In this document: positions 20,037-30,249 of the stretch, in pieces
Layout of the letters: each line of letters opens with the position of its first letter
Numbering within the stretch: position 1 is the stretch's first letter
Assembly (NCBI GenBank): GCA_021604705.1
Contig: BQJM01000004.1
Coordinates: 502-64,501, forward strand
Source: a marine bacterium B5-7
Lineage (GTDB): Bacteria > Pseudomonadota > Gammaproteobacteria > BQJM01
Direction: 5' to 3'
DNA length: 64,000 nt
Translations under genes and position numbers: made by a program
Notes under the pieces: generated by a model
Databases searched by the model: none
What the model was told of the DNA's origin: nothing
What the model saw: the letters and a program-made list of their open reading frames with translations, nothing else

Positions 20037-21308
20037 ATGACAAACGCAGTATGTTTCAGAACCTTAGACCAAGAAAAGCCTTGGTCCTTAGCTGCCTACG
20101 AGAAAGTAGGGGGCTATACTGCATGGCGTAAAATTTTAAAAGAAAAAACACCGCCGGCAGAAATTATCGACGCGGTGAAGACTGCAGTGTTGCGCGGACG
20201 TGGTGGCGCGGGCTTTCCCGCTGGCATGAAGTGGAGCTTCATTAAGCGTGACACGCCTGGGCAAAAGTATGTGGTTTGTAATTCCGATGAGGGAGAGCCA
20301 GGTACCTGTAAAGATCGCGACATCATGCGCTTTAATCCGCACCAACTGATCGAAGGTATGGCCATTGCGGCATATGCCATGGGTGCAACCGTGGGCTTCA
20401 ACTATATTCGAGGCGAGTTTTACGAACCTTTTGCACGTTGCGAAGCAGCGATTGAAGAGGCGCGGGCCGCAGGATTATTGGGTGACAACTTATTAGGTTC
20501 CGGCTTTGATTTTGATTTGCATAACACCGTGGGTGCGGGTGCGTATATTTGCGGTGAAGAAACCGCGTTGATGGAATCCCTTGAAGGCAAGCGCGGTATG
20601 CCACGCTTTAAGCCACCATTCCCAGCAAACTACGGGGTTTACGGCAAGCCGACCACGATTAATAACACAGAAACATTTGCATCTGTGCCGCCAATTATGG
20701 AAAAGGGCGCCGATTGGTTTTTAGGTTTAAGCAAAACTAAAAATGGTGGCGAAAAACTATTTAGCATTAGTGGTCACGTGAACAAACCTTGTAACCTTGA
20801 AATACCTTTGGGCACACCCTTCAAGGATGTGCTTGAAATGGCAGGCGGGGTGCGTGATGGTAACAAATTAAAAGCGGTGATCCCTGGTGGTTCCTCTATG
20901 CCAATGTTGCCAGCTGATGTCATTATGCAGTGCGACATGGACTATGAAAGTTTACAAGAAGCGGGTTCCGCATTGGGTACTGGCGCCATCATTGTGATGG
21001 ATGATAAGACGTGCATGGTCAGTGCTGCGCGTACCATGATGCGTTTTTACGATGAAGAATCCTGTGGGCAGTGCACGCCATGCCGTGAAGGTAGTGGCTG
21101 GGTGTATCGCATTATCGATAAAATTTACCGTGGCGAAGGTGAGCCGGGTGATGTGGATTTATTAGCGCGCGTCGCTAAAAATATTGAAGGTCGTACGATT
21201 TGTGCTTTCGGTGAAGCGATTGCATGGCCTGTGGCGGGCTTGTTAAAACATTTCCGCCATGAATTTGATTATATGGTTGAACACAAAAAATCAATGGTTA
21301 ACGCATGA
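20037..21308 (+). CDS. nuoF: NADH-quinone oxidoreductase subunit F
   Basis: 423 aa. NADH/FMN site GRGGAGFP, [4Fe-4S] [10 protein letters not shown]. Confidence 0.97.
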   Translation: MTNAVCFRTLDQEKPWSLAAYEKVGGYTAWRKILKEKTPPAEIIDAVKTAVLRGRGGAGFPAGMKWSFIKRDTPGQKYVVCNSDEGEPGTCKDRDIMRFNPHQLIEGMAIAAYAMGATVGFNYIRGEFYEPFARCEAAIEEARAAGLLGDNLLGSGFDFDLHNTVGAGAYICGEETALMESLEGKRGMPRFKPPFPANYGVYGKPTTINNTETFASVPPIMEKGADWFLGLSKTKNGGEKLFSISGHVNKPCNLEIPLGTPFKDVLEMAGGVRDGNKLKAVIPGGSSMPMLPADVIMQCDMDYESLQEAGSALGTGAIIVMDDKTCMVSAARTMMRFYDEESCGQCTPCREGSGWVYRIIDKIYRGEGEPGDVDLLARVAKNIEGRTICAFGEAIAWPVAGLLKHFRHEFDYMVEHKKSMVNA

Positions 21309-23659
21309 TAGAAATTGAAATTGATGGACAAACGCATGAGGCCGAACCTGGCAGCATGATCATCGAAGTTGCGGATAAAGCCGGTGTGCATATTCCGCGG
21401 TTTTGTTATCACAAAAAATTATCCGTTGCGGCAAATTGCCGTATGTGTCTGGTTGATGTAGAGAAAGCGCCCAAAGCACTACCCGCCTGCGCAACCCCGG
21501 TTGCGCCTGGCATGGTGGTTAAGACACAAAGTAAGCGTGCCTTAGATGCACAAAAAGCGGTGATGGAATTTTTATTAATTAACCATCCCTTGGATTGCCC
21601 CATTTGCGATCAAGGTGGGCAATGTGAGTTACAAGATGTGGCCATGGGCTATGGACAGACGGACTCTTCTTACACGCAACGTAAACGTTCAGTTGAAGAT
21701 GAAGATATTGGCCCCTTGGTTTACACGGAAATGACACGCTGTATTCATTGCACGCGTTGTGTGCGTTTTGGTGAAGAAATTGCCGGTGTGCGAGAAATAG
21801 GTTTAACGCAGCGTGGCGAGTCCGCTAAAATTAGCACGTACATTAAACACAGTTTACAGTCTGAAATTTCAGCAAACATTATTGATTTATGTCCGGTGGG
21901 TGCGTTGACGGCAAAGCCATCGCGCTTCGAAGCACGTGCTTGGGAAGTAGAACGTCATGCGGCGATTTCTCCCCACGATTGTTTGGGATCGAATATGTAT
22001 TTCCAAACGCGTCGACACCAAGTCATGGCTGCGACGCCACGTGACAATGAGTCAATTAATCAGACTTGGTTAGCCGATCGCGATCGTTTTTCACATATGG
22101 CGATACATAGTGACAAGCGTTTGCAAAAGCCAATGATTAAAGAAGGCGGGCAATGGCGAGAAGTTGAATGGCAAGTCGCATTGAATTATACCGCAGACGC
22201 TTTGTCAAAAATCAAAGCAGCGCATGGCGCGGAACAAATCGGTTTCTTGGCTGCAACGCATAGCACGGTAGAAGAGGGTTATTTGTTAGCGAAGCTTGCG
22301 CGCGCAATGGGATCGAACAACATTGATTACCGCTTGCAGCAAACAGATTTCACCGACCAAAAAACGTCTTCTTTTGCGCCAAAACTGGGCTTAAGTTCTG
22401 TTGCTGACATTGCTGATGCAGATCGCCTCTTATTAATTGGTAGCAATATTCGTCAAGAGCAACCTTTAGCTGGGTTGCGTGTGCGTGAAGCGGCACAGAA
22501 TGGCGCAGAGGTAAGCTGCGTCAATATGCAAGCCTACGATACGCATTTTGATGTGAAACATGATTGTGTTGTGGCACCCCAAGATTTTGTTCAGCAATTG
22601 GCGGGCATTGCGCAAGCGCTTGCGCAAAATAACCGAGATGCGGTGCCAGATGCCGCCAAGAAACTACTTACAACGGTTTCGCCTTATGCGATTCATCAAG
22701 ATATCGCTAAGAGTTTAACCTCAGGGAAACAAGCGCTGATTATTCTCGGTCCATCAGCCTGGAATCATCCTAGCTCATCTGTTGTTCGTCAGCTTTCACA
22801 CCTCATTGCCGATTTAAGTGGTGCACGTATTGGTGCATTGATGTCGGGAGCAAACTCCAATGGCTTAAGTATGGTAGGTGTGTTGCCGCACCGTACGATT
22901 GGTGGTGAGCCAGTTGAAGATGCTGGGCTTCCATCTGCAGCTATGTTGGCGGATGCACGAAAAGCCTATGTGCTCTTACACACTGAACCCCATAAAGATG
23001 CGGCGAATCCTGCGCAAGCAAAAGCAGCATTAGCGGCGGCAGATTTTGTGGTGGCGTTTACGCCATTCCGTGATGACGCCTTGATGAAAGATGCGACTGT
23101 CTTGTTGCCAATTGGTACGCATGCCGAAACAGCGGGAACGTTTGTCAATGCAACCGGTGTATGGCAAACATTCCAAGGTGTGATTAAGCCAGTAGGCGAA
23201 GCGCGGCCAGCATGGAAAGTATTGCGTGTATTAGCGAATGTTTTATCACTGGAAGGATTTGAGTTTGAGTCGGCTGGCGATGTGCTAGCAGATGTAAACA
23301 ATCAACTTAATGAAAAGTCGGGCCCGCCATTTAATTATACGTGGCCAGCTCAATTGCCAGTGATGACGACAGGTAAATTAATGCGTATTGGCGAATGGCC
23401 GATTTATCAGGGCGATGCGCAGGTTCGTCGTGCAGATGCCTTGCAGCAAAGCCAGTGGCATCACCCTACAGGGTTGCGTGTCCATCCTGAAACAGCGGCT
23501 GAATTACAATTGACGCAAGCGCAGTCAGTGAATGTGAAACAAGCGGGTGAGACAATGGCGTTAACGGTTATTTTTGATGAGCGTGTTCCTAAGGGTTGTG
23601 CAGCTGTTGCAGCAACCGCTGGTTTGGGTGAATTATACGGAGAGTTAGAACTGGTCTAG
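21305..23659 (+). CDS. nuoG: NADH-quinone oxidoreductase subunit G
   Basis: 784 aa. N-terminal 2Fe-2S ([17 protein letters not shown]), 4Fe-4S ([23 protein letters not shown]), molybdopterin-like domain. Confidence 0.97.
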   Translation: MIEIEIDGQTHEAEPGSMIIEVADKAGVHIPRFCYHKKLSVAANCRMCLVDVEKAPKALPACATPVAPGMVVKTQSKRALDAQKAVMEFLLINHPLDCPICDQGGQCELQDVAMGYGQTDSSYTQRKRSVEDEDIGPLVYTEMTRCIHCTRCVRFGEEIAGVREIGLTQRGESAKISTYIKHSLQSEISANIIDLCPVGALTAKPSRFEARAWEVERHAAISPHDCLGSNMYFQTRRHQVMAATPRDNESINQTWLADRDRFSHMAIHSDKRLQKPMIKEGGQWREVEWQVALNYTADALSKIKAAHGAEQIGFLAATHSTVEEGYLLAKLARAMGSNNIDYRLQQTDFTDQKTSSFAPKLGLSSVADIADADRLLLIGSNIRQEQPLAGLRVREAAQNGAEVSCVNMQAYDTHFDVKHDCVVAPQDFVQQLAGIAQALAQNNRDAVPDAAKKLLTTVSPYAIHQDIAKSLTSGKQALIILGPSAWNHPSSSVVRQLSHLIADLSGARIGALMSGANSNGLSMVGVLPHRTIGGEPVEDAGLPSAAMLADARKAYVLLHTEPHKDAANPAQAKAALAAADFVVAFTPFRDDALMKDATVLLPIGTHAETAGTFVNATGVWQTFQGVIKPVGEARPAWKVLRVLANVLSLEGFEFESAGDVLADVNNQLNEKSGPPFNYTWPAQLPVMTTGKLMRIGEWPIYQGDAQVRRADALQQSQWHHPTGLRVHPETAAELQLTQAQSVNVKQAGETMALTVIFDERVPKGCAAVAATAGLGELYGELELV

Positions 23660-23676
23660 CTGTTGCTACGGCCCAG

Positions 23677-23900
23677 TTGTCATCCCGCACTTGATGCGAG
23701 ATCTTCTGATGTCACTATGGTGTCTGATGGAGATTCCGGCTCAAGGCCGGAATGACAAGAGGGCTGTCATCCCGCACTTGATGCGGGATCTTCTGATGTC
23801 ACTATGGTGTCTGATGGAGATTCCGGCTCAAGGCCGGAATGACAAGAGGGCTGTCATCCCGCACTTGATGCGGGATCTCCTGAGTGCACTGCGGTGCTGG
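23677..23900. repeat. Tandem amplification (about 2.5 copies of a 92-bp unit) of the composite element, nuoG/nuoH spacer
   Basis: The unit gtcatcccgcacttgatgcgRgatcttctgatgtcactatggtgtctgatggagattccggctcaaggccggaatgacaagagggct occurs twice, then a partial third copy. This produces the artefactual 70-aa ORF 23691-23903. Confidence 0.9.
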
Positions 23901-23912
23901 TAAACGAAACGA

Positions 23913-24959
23913 GTGATTGAAACTATGATAGAAAAGTTACTTCAGCCCTTATTGCCACTCCTCTGGATTATAGGCAAAATCTTATTGGTTGCTGTGCCCT
24001 TGATCGGCATTGTGGCATTCCTTACGTTAGCTGAACGTAAAGTGATTGGCTTTATGCAAGTTCGTATTGGCCCCAATCGTGTAGGGCCACGTGGTTTGTT
24101 CCAACCGATTGCTGATGGGATCAAACTGTTAACCAAAGAAATTATTTTTCCGACGGTATCTAATAAATATTTATTTATTATTGCGCCGGTACTGACCATT
24201 GCGCCTTCGTTGGCGGCTTGGGCTGTTGTGCCCTTTGGCGATGGTTTAAGTATTGCAAACATTAATGCCGGCGTACTCTATATCTTAGCGATGACCTCGT
24301 TGGCGGTATACGGTATTCTGATTGCGGGCTGGGCATCTAACTCTAAGTATGCGTTTTTGAGTGCGATGCGCTCTGCGGCACAAACCATTTCCTATGAAAT
24401 TGCGATGGGTTTTGCGTTGGTCTGTGTTTTGATGGCAGCAGGCTCCATGAATCTTGGTAAAATTGTTATGGCTCAGCAGGGCGGTATTGTGCATTGGTAT
24501 TGGTTGCCGCTTTTACCCGCCTTTGTCGTCTACTGGATTTCTGGCGTAGCAGAAACTAACCGTGCACCATTCGATGTTGCAGAAGGTGAGTCAGAAATTG
24601 TGGCGGGCTTTCACGTTGAATATTCAGGCATAGCCTTTGCTGTATTTTTCTTGGCGGAATACGCCAACATGATTTTAGTCTCTGCGCTTGCTGCCTTATT
24701 TTTCTTAGGTGGTTGGCTATCTCCGTTTGAAGGGACTGTGTTGCAACAGTATGTGGCATTTGTACCGGGTATGGTTTGGTTTTTTGCGAAGATTGCGTTC
24801 TTCCTTTATGTTTATTTATGGCTCCGTGCGACATTTCCACGTTATCGATATGATCAGATTATGCGGTTGGGCTGGAAAGTACTCATTCCTGTCACGATTG
24901 TGTGGATTGCAGTAGAAGCGGTGATGATTCAAGCCCATGTGGCACCTTGGTTTGGGTAA
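23913..24959 (+). CDS. nuoH: NADH-quinone oxidoreductase subunit H
   Basis: 348 aa. Polytopic NuoH/ND1 ([42 protein letters not shown]). Confidence 0.96.
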   Translation: MIETMIEKLLQPLLPLLWIIGKILLVAVPLIGIVAFLTLAERKVIGFMQVRIGPNRVGPRGLFQPIADGIKLLTKEIIFPTVSNKYLFIIAPVLTIAPSLAAWAVVPFGDGLSIANINAGVLYILAMTSLAVYGILIAGWASNSKYAFLSAMRSAAQTISYEIAMGFALVCVLMAAGSMNLGKIVMAQQGGIVHWYWLPLLPAFVVYWISGVAETNRAPFDVAEGESEIVAGFHVEYSGIAFAVFFLAEYANMILVSALAALFFLGGWLSPFEGTVLQQYVAFVPGMVWFFAKIAFFLYVYLWLRATFPRYRYDQIMRLGWKVLIPVTIVWIAVEAVMIQAHVAPWFG

Positions 24960-24965
24960 AAACAA

Positions 24966-25457
24966 ATGAGAAAATTACTTCATTGGATACAAAGTTTTAC
25001 GTTATGGGAATTACTGAGAGGTATGTCCTTAACGGGACGCTATTTCTTTAAGCGGAAATTTACCGTACAATTTCCGGAAGAAAAGACGCCGACCTCTGCG
25101 CGTTTTCGTGGATTGCATGCCTTACGCCGTTACCCTAATGGTGAAGAGCGCTGTATTGCGTGTAAATTGTGTGAGGCGGTTTGTCCAGCAGCTGCGATTA
25201 CGATTGAGGCAGGGCCTCGTGATAAAGATGGTCAGCGTCGGACAACGAAATACGAAATTGATATGTTTAAATGTATTTACTGTGGGTTCTGTGAAGAATC
25301 TTGTCCAGTAGATTCGATTGTAGAAACTGACATGATGCATTATCACTTTGAAGAGCGCGGTCAAAATATTTTGACCAAAGAACAATTGTTGGCGATTGGC
25401 GATCAATATGAGTCACAGATTGCTGCTACCAAAGCAGAAGATGCGGAGTATAGATAA
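24966..25457 (+). CDS. nuoI: NADH-quinone oxidoreductase subunit I
   Basis: 163 aa. Two CxxCxxCxxxCP ferredoxin motifs ([24 protein letters not shown]). Confidence 0.96.
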   Translation: MRKLLHWIQSFTLWELLRGMSLTGRYFFKRKFTVQFPEEKTPTSARFRGLHALRRYPNGEERCIACKLCEAVCPAAAITIEAGPRDKDGQRRTTKYEIDMFKCIYCGFCEESCPVDSIVETDMMHYHFEERGQNILTKEQLLAIGDQYESQIAATKAEDAEYR

Positions 25458-25461
25458 CAGC

Positions 25462-25617
25462 TGTCATCCCGCGCGGATGTGTGTCTGCCGGGGGAATAGC
25501 TGTCATCCCGCACTTGATGCGGGATTTCAGGTGACTTAGTCATCCCGCACTTGATGCGGGATCTCCTGAAAGCACTATGGTGTTAGACGGGGATTCCGGG
25601 TCAGGCCCGGAATGACA
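25462..25617. repeat. Array of palindromic modules including a third module type C, nuoI/nuoJ spacer
   Basis: tgtcatcccgcgcggatgtgtgtctgccgggggaata (module C) + two module A copies + spacer + ggggattccgggtcaggcccggaatgaca. Overlaps the upstream part of the tool's nuoJ ORF. Confidence 0.85.
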
Positions 25618-25635
25618 CCGAAAATAGAGGAAATT

Positions 25636-26214
25636 ATGATACCGTTTATTGACATTATTTTTTATGTTTTTGCAGCCATCACAGTGATTTCTGCGACGAT
25701 GGTTGTTTGCGTTCGCAACCCCGTTTACGGCGCGTTGTTTTTGGTGCTGGCCTTTGTTGCTAGTAGCGGTATTTGGTTGCTGAATCAAGCAGAGTTTTTA
25801 GCGTTAGCACTTATTCTTGTTTACGTGGGTGCGGTGATGACGCTGTTCTTATTCGTGGTGATGATGTTAAACATTCACATCGAAGCCGGCAAACGTAAAT
25901 TTGTACGTTACTTTCCCATTGGCTTGGCCATTGTGGGCTTGATTATTGCGGGTTTCTTGATGATTTTAAAGCAAACACACTTTGGTGGCGCCTCGGGCGG
26001 TGCAGTCTCAACAGGCAGTAACGTTGCGGCCTTGGGCCATGTGCTGTACACCAAATATGTCATTCCATTTGAATTGGCAGCCATGTTGTTGTTAGCAGCG
26101 ATTGTTGCTGCGATTGCATTGGCGTTACCGGCGGAGCGCAATCGTAAGATGCAAGATCCGGGTAAGCAAGTACAAGTGAAGAAAGGCGATCGATTAAAGA
26201 TTATTAAGATGTGA
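25636..26214 (+). CDS. nuoJ: NADH-quinone oxidoreductase subunit J
   Basis: Start moved to MIPFIDII (ATG 25636, RBS agagga upstream). The tool's start at 25612 lies inside the repeat. Polytopic NuoJ. Confidence 0.9.
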   Translation: MIPFIDIIFYVFAAITVISATMVVCVRNPVYGALFLVLAFVASSGIWLLNQAEFLALALILVYVGAVMTLFLFVVMMLNIHIEAGKRKFVRYFPIGLAIVGLIIAGFLMILKQTHFGGASGGAVSTGSNVAALGHVLYTKYVIPFELAAMLLLAAIVAAIALALPAERNRKMQDPGKQVQVKKGDRLKIIKM

Positions 26215-26221
26215 CAGCGGC

Positions 26222-26372
26222 TGTCATCCCGCGCGGCTGTGTGTCTGCCGGGGGAATACAGCCGTCACCCCGCGCTTGACGCGGGGTCTCCTGATAGTAC
26301 TAGCAAGTACGCTAGCATCTGATGGAGGTCCCGCGTCAAGCGCGGGATGACAATCTCAAGCCCGGAATGATA
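26222..26372. repeat. Array: module C + variant A + spacer + A' + half module, nuoJ/nuoK spacer
   Basis: tgtcatcccgcgcggctgtgtgtctgccgggggaatacagccgtcaccccgcgcttgacgcggggtctcctgatagtactagcaagtacgctagcatctgatggaggtcccgcgtcaagcgcgggatgacaatctcaagcccggaatga. Confidence 0.85.
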
Positions 26373-26393
26373 GGACAGAATAGGAAAACGAAT

Positions 26394-26696
26394 ATGAACT
26401 TACATAACATGCTTATACTTTCCGCGATTTTATTCGCGATCAGCGTGGTTGGCATTATGCTTAACCGCCGTAATGTGATCACATTGCTGATGTGCATTGA
26501 GTTGCTATTGCTAGCGGTAAACACCAATTTCATTGCCTTTTCACATGCCGCACATAATTTGTCTGGCCAAGTGTTTGTTTTCTTTGTGCTGACCGTTGCT
26601 GCTGCTGAAACAGCAATTGGTTTAGCCATTATCATTGGTTTACACCGCCTGCGCGGCCATATCAATATCGAACAACTGGATACATTGAAGGGTTAA
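26394..26696 (+). CDS. nuoK: NADH-quinone oxidoreductase subunit K
   Basis: Start moved to [23 protein letters not shown] (ATG 26394), about 100 aa as in NuoK. The tool's start at 26322 lies within the repeat. Confidence 0.9.
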   Translation: MNLHNMLILSAILFAISVVGIMLNRRNVITLLMCIELLLLAVNTNFIAFSHAAHNLSGQVFVFFVLTVAAAETAIGLAIIIGLHRLRGHINIEQLDTLKG

Positions 26697-26697
26697 C

Positions 26698-28719
26698 ATG
26701 ATCACGATGACCATTTTACATATGAGTTTGCTCATCGCGCTGTTGCCGCTGATGGGTTCTATGATTGCTGGATTTTTTGGCCAACGCCTCGGCCGCATGA
26801 TGACGCACCGTATTACGATAGGCTTAATGTGGATGTCTTTTGCTTTGGCGCTTTTTGTGCTGAAGTTTGTGATTGTTGATGGTGCGCATGTGAATGCGAC
26901 GATCTATCAGTGGGTGGCATCAGGTAAAATCACCTTTGCGGTGGGCTTTCTCATTGATCATTTATCCGCATGGATGATGGTGATTGTGACCTTTGTCTCA
27001 ACCTTGGTGCATATCTACAGTATTGGTTATATGCATGATGATGAGGGTTACCAACGTTTCTTTAGTTACATTTCTTTGTTTACCTTCATGATGTTGATGT
27101 TGGTTACAGCCAATAATTTCATGCAATTATTTTTCGGTTGGGAAGGGGTTGGCTTAGTCTCTTACTTGCTCATCGGTTTCTGGTTTAAAAAACCAACGGC
27201 GATTCTTGGTAGCATGAAAGCCTTTTTGGTTAACCGTGTCGGTGACTTTGGGTTTTTATTAGGTATTGCTGCCGTGCTGTATTATTTTGGCACCTTAGAT
27301 TATTCCTTGGTTTTTGCAAAATTACCGATGCTTGCAAAAACAGCGCCTACGATTTCTTTGTTACCAGGCACTAGCTGGTCGATATTTACCGTCATGGGCT
27401 TATGTATGTTTGTCGGCGCCATGGGTAAATCAGCACAAATTCCTTTGCATGTGTGGTTGCCAGAATCCATGGAAGGTCCAACGCCGATTTCCGCGTTGAT
27501 TCACGCAGCGACGATGGTGACTGCGGGTATTTACATGGTGTCGCGTTTGTCGCCGATATTTGAACTCTCGACAACCGCATTGAGTGTTATTTTAGTGATT
27601 GGTGCGACCGGTGCATTATTTTTGGGGATACTGGGTATCTTCCAGCATGACATTAAACGTGTCGTTGCTTATTCTACTTTATCTCAACTCGGTTACATGA
27701 CGGCTGCTTTAGGTGCATCTGCATTTTCTGCGGCGATGTTTCACATGATGATGCATGCTTGCTTTAAAGCCTTGTTATTCTTGGGCGCAGGGTCAGTGAT
27801 TATTGCCATGCACCATGAACAAGACATGCGTAAAATGGGTGGCTTGCGTCACGCGATGCCGATTACTTATATTACGTTCTTAATTGGTGGCTTGTCGCTA
27901 AGTGCTATTCCGCCATTTTCAGGCTTCTATTCTAAAGACGCGATTATCGAAGCGGTTGGCTTAACGCAAATCCCAGGGGCCAGTTATGCCTATGCTTGTG
28001 TGTTAATCGGTGCTTTTGTGACGGCGGTTTATACTTTTCGTGCTTTCTTTCTCACCTTCCATGGTAAACCGCGTATGGATAAACATACGCAAGATCATCT
28101 CAAAGAATCACCTTGGGTGGTTACGTTGCCGTTGGTGTTGTTAGCGATCCCTTCTGTGATAGCAGGCTTATTTACGGTGAAGAGTGCGTTGTATAGTACG
28201 CCGGGCGGTTATGGTCATGCACTATTCATGCTGCCGCATTTGAATGTCATGAAAGAGATGGCTTTGGATTATCATGGTTGGCTGGCATCAGCATTGCATG
28301 CTGTTTCTACTGTACCATTTTGGTTGGCGATGGCCGGGATTGCGACCGCTTATTACTTCACTTTGATTTTATCCGTCGAGCGACGTGAGCGGCTGCTGCA
28401 GCGCATGGGATGGTTAGGCATGGCTATCGATCATAAGTTTGGTTTTGATGATTTCAATGAAAAAGTGATTGTGCGTGCAAGCAAAGGTTTGGCGAATACT
28501 TTTTTCAAGGTGGGCGATCGTTTTGTGATTGAAACCTTAGTGATTAATGGCAGTGCTAAACTCACGCAGTGTGCAGCGTCGATTATGCGTCGTTGTCAGT
28601 CTGGTTATTTAACCCATTATGCTTTCGTCATGGTGGTTGGCCTGATGGCCTTGGTTGCATGGATGGTGTTTGGCGCACCGCATGTGGATGTTCTTCAGTG
28701 GTTTTCCGCAAATTATTAG
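26698..28719 (+). CDS. nuoL: NADH-quinone oxidoreductase subunit L
   Basis: 673 aa antiporter-like subunit (WLPESMEGPTPISALIHAATMVTAG). Confidence 0.95.
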   Translation: MITMTILHMSLLIALLPLMGSMIAGFFGQRLGRMMTHRITIGLMWMSFALALFVLKFVIVDGAHVNATIYQWVASGKITFAVGFLIDHLSAWMMVIVTFVSTLVHIYSIGYMHDDEGYQRFFSYISLFTFMMLMLVTANNFMQLFFGWEGVGLVSYLLIGFWFKKPTAILGSMKAFLVNRVGDFGFLLGIAAVLYYFGTLDYSLVFAKLPMLAKTAPTISLLPGTSWSIFTVMGLCMFVGAMGKSAQIPLHVWLPESMEGPTPISALIHAATMVTAGIYMVSRLSPIFELSTTALSVILVIGATGALFLGILGIFQHDIKRVVAYSTLSQLGYMTAALGASAFSAAMFHMMMHACFKALLFLGAGSVIIAMHHEQDMRKMGGLRHAMPITYITFLIGGLSLSAIPPFSGFYSKDAIIEAVGLTQIPGASYAYACVLIGAFVTAVYTFRAFFLTFHGKPRMDKHTQDHLKESPWVVTLPLVLLAIPSVIAGLFTVKSALYSTPGGYGHALFMLPHLNVMKEMALDYHGWLASALHAVSTVPFWLAMAGIATAYYFTLILSVERRERLLQRMGWLGMAIDHKFGFDDFNEKVIVRASKGLANTFFKVGDRFVIETLVINGSAKLTQCAASIMRRCQSGYLTHYAFVMVVGLMALVAWMVFGAPHVDVLQWFSANY

Positions 28720-28725
28720 GGCTGA

Positions 28726-30243
28726 GTGATGATGCATTTGCCGATACTTTCGTTATTGATTTGGCTGCCGATACTTGGGGCAGTCGCTATCTTATGCTTG
28801 TGTAAAGAAGACAAGGCGACTTTGGCGCGTTTGATTGCCTTAGGCGTTGCTTTAATCAGTCTAGTCTTATGCATTCCATTATGGTGTGAATTTAACACCT
28901 CGCAATATGCGATGCAGTTTGTTGAAATGCATACTTGGATCCCAGCGCTCAGCATTCATTACAACTTGGGGGTCGATGGTATTTCAATGCCATTGGTGGT
29001 GTTGTCGACCTTTACGACCTTGATTGTGGTGTTAGCCGCAGGGACGACCGTCAAACAAAAAGTGTCCCAGTACATGGCCGCGTTTTTAGTGTTGCAGGGC
29101 ATGATGGTCGGTGTGTTTGCCGCGCTTGATGCGATGTTATTTTATGTGTTCTGGGAAGGTATGTTGATACCGATGTATTTGTGTATTGGGATTTGGGGTA
29201 GTAACAATCGTAATTATGCCTCGGTTAAATTCTTTTTGTATACCTTTATTGGTTCTATTCTGATGTTAGTGGCGTTCTTATACTTAGGGATGCATGCACA
29301 CAGTTTTGATATCCGTCACTTGTATCAAGTCCATATTCCTTACACCGCACAGGTGCTGGTGTTCTTTGCTTTTTTATTAGGCTTTGCGGTGAAAGTACCG
29401 ATGTGGCCAGTACATACCTGGTTACCGGATGCGCATACCGAAGCGCCTGCTGGCGGCTCTGTCATACTGGCGGCCTTGATGTTAAAAATGGGTGCCTATG
29501 GTTTCTTGCGCTTTAGTATGCCGATTGTGCCGGATGCTTGTCAGCATTGGTATCCATTAATGATTGCGCTATCACTGATTGCGATTGTTTACATTGGCTT
29601 TGTGGCCATTGTGCAAAAAGACATGAAACGTTTGATTGCGTATTCTTCTGTGGCACACATGGGTTTTGCGACCTTGGGTTGCTTCATGCTGTATTTGATT
29701 GTTGCGCGCACCTCGAATCACGCGGCGGCGATGTTAGGTATCGAAGGTTCGATGGTACAAATGATTTCGCATGCCTTTAGTACCGGCGCTTTGTTTGTTG
29801 GCATCGGCATTATCTACGAACAAATGCATACGCGTTTAATTAAAGATTACGGCGGCATTGTGAATACCATGCCTATTTTCGCAAGCTTTTTAGTCTTGTT
29901 TGCGATGGCGAATGTAGGCTTGCCGGGCACTTCTGGTTTCGTCGGCGAGTTTATGGTGCTACTCAGTAGCTTTCAGGCGAGCCCTTGGATTACGTTTGCT
30001 GCAGCAAGCACCTTGATTTTATCCGCTGCGTACACCTTATGGATGGTGAAGCGCGTTGTGTGGGGGGACATCGCAAACCCACAAGTGGCAAAATTAAAAG
30101 ATATTGGTTGTGCTGATGTGATCGTAATGAGTTTGCTCGCTGTCGGTGTGATCGGTTTGGGTGTCTATCCCAATGTCTTATTAAACGTTTTCCATTCTTC
30201 CGTCGGCCATTTAATGCAATTGGCACTGGCCCATAAGGTGTAA
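28726..30243 (+). CDS. nuoM: NADH-quinone oxidoreductase subunit M
   Basis: 505 aa antiporter-like subunit (WLPDAHTEAPAGGSVILAALMLKMG). Confidence 0.95.
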   Translation: MMMHLPILSLLIWLPILGAVAILCLCKEDKATLARLIALGVALISLVLCIPLWCEFNTSQYAMQFVEMHTWIPALSIHYNLGVDGISMPLVVLSTFTTLIVVLAAGTTVKQKVSQYMAAFLVLQGMMVGVFAALDAMLFYVFWEGMLIPMYLCIGIWGSNNRNYASVKFFLYTFIGSILMLVAFLYLGMHAHSFDIRHLYQVHIPYTAQVLVFFAFLLGFAVKVPMWPVHTWLPDAHTEAPAGGSVILAALMLKMGAYGFLRFSMPIVPDACQHWYPLMIALSLIAIVYIGFVAIVQKDMKRLIAYSSVAHMGFATLGCFMLYLIVARTSNHAAAMLGIEGSMVQMISHAFSTGALFVGIGIIYEQMHTRLIKDYGGIVNTMPIFASFLVLFAMANVGLPGTSGFVGEFMVLLSSFQASPWITFAAASTLILSAAYTLWMVKRVVWGDIANPQVAKLKDIGCADVIVMSLLAVGVIGLGVYPNVLLNVFHSSVGHLMQLALAHKV

Positions 30244-30249
30244 TGAATC

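Noticed and set aside
23677-23900. Possible CRISPR array, given the regularly spaced direct repeats
   Set aside because: The repeats are whole 92-bp units with no unique spacers between them, and there is no cas gene or leader. They belong to the REP-like family seen at the other 12 loci.
23691-23903. 70-aa ORF encoding a thrice-repeated peptide MRDLLMSLWCLMEIPAQGRNDKRAVIPHL
   Set aside because: It is simply the translation of the tandemly repeated 92-bp palindromic element between nuoG and nuoH. There is no RBS, and the repeats themselves explain the periodicity.
25612-26393. Tool-predicted upstream starts for nuoJ (25612) and nuoK (26322)
   Set aside because: Both start codons lie inside palindromic repeat modules and would add N-terminal peptides translated from repeat DNA. 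Downstream ATGs with RBSs give proteins of canonical length.
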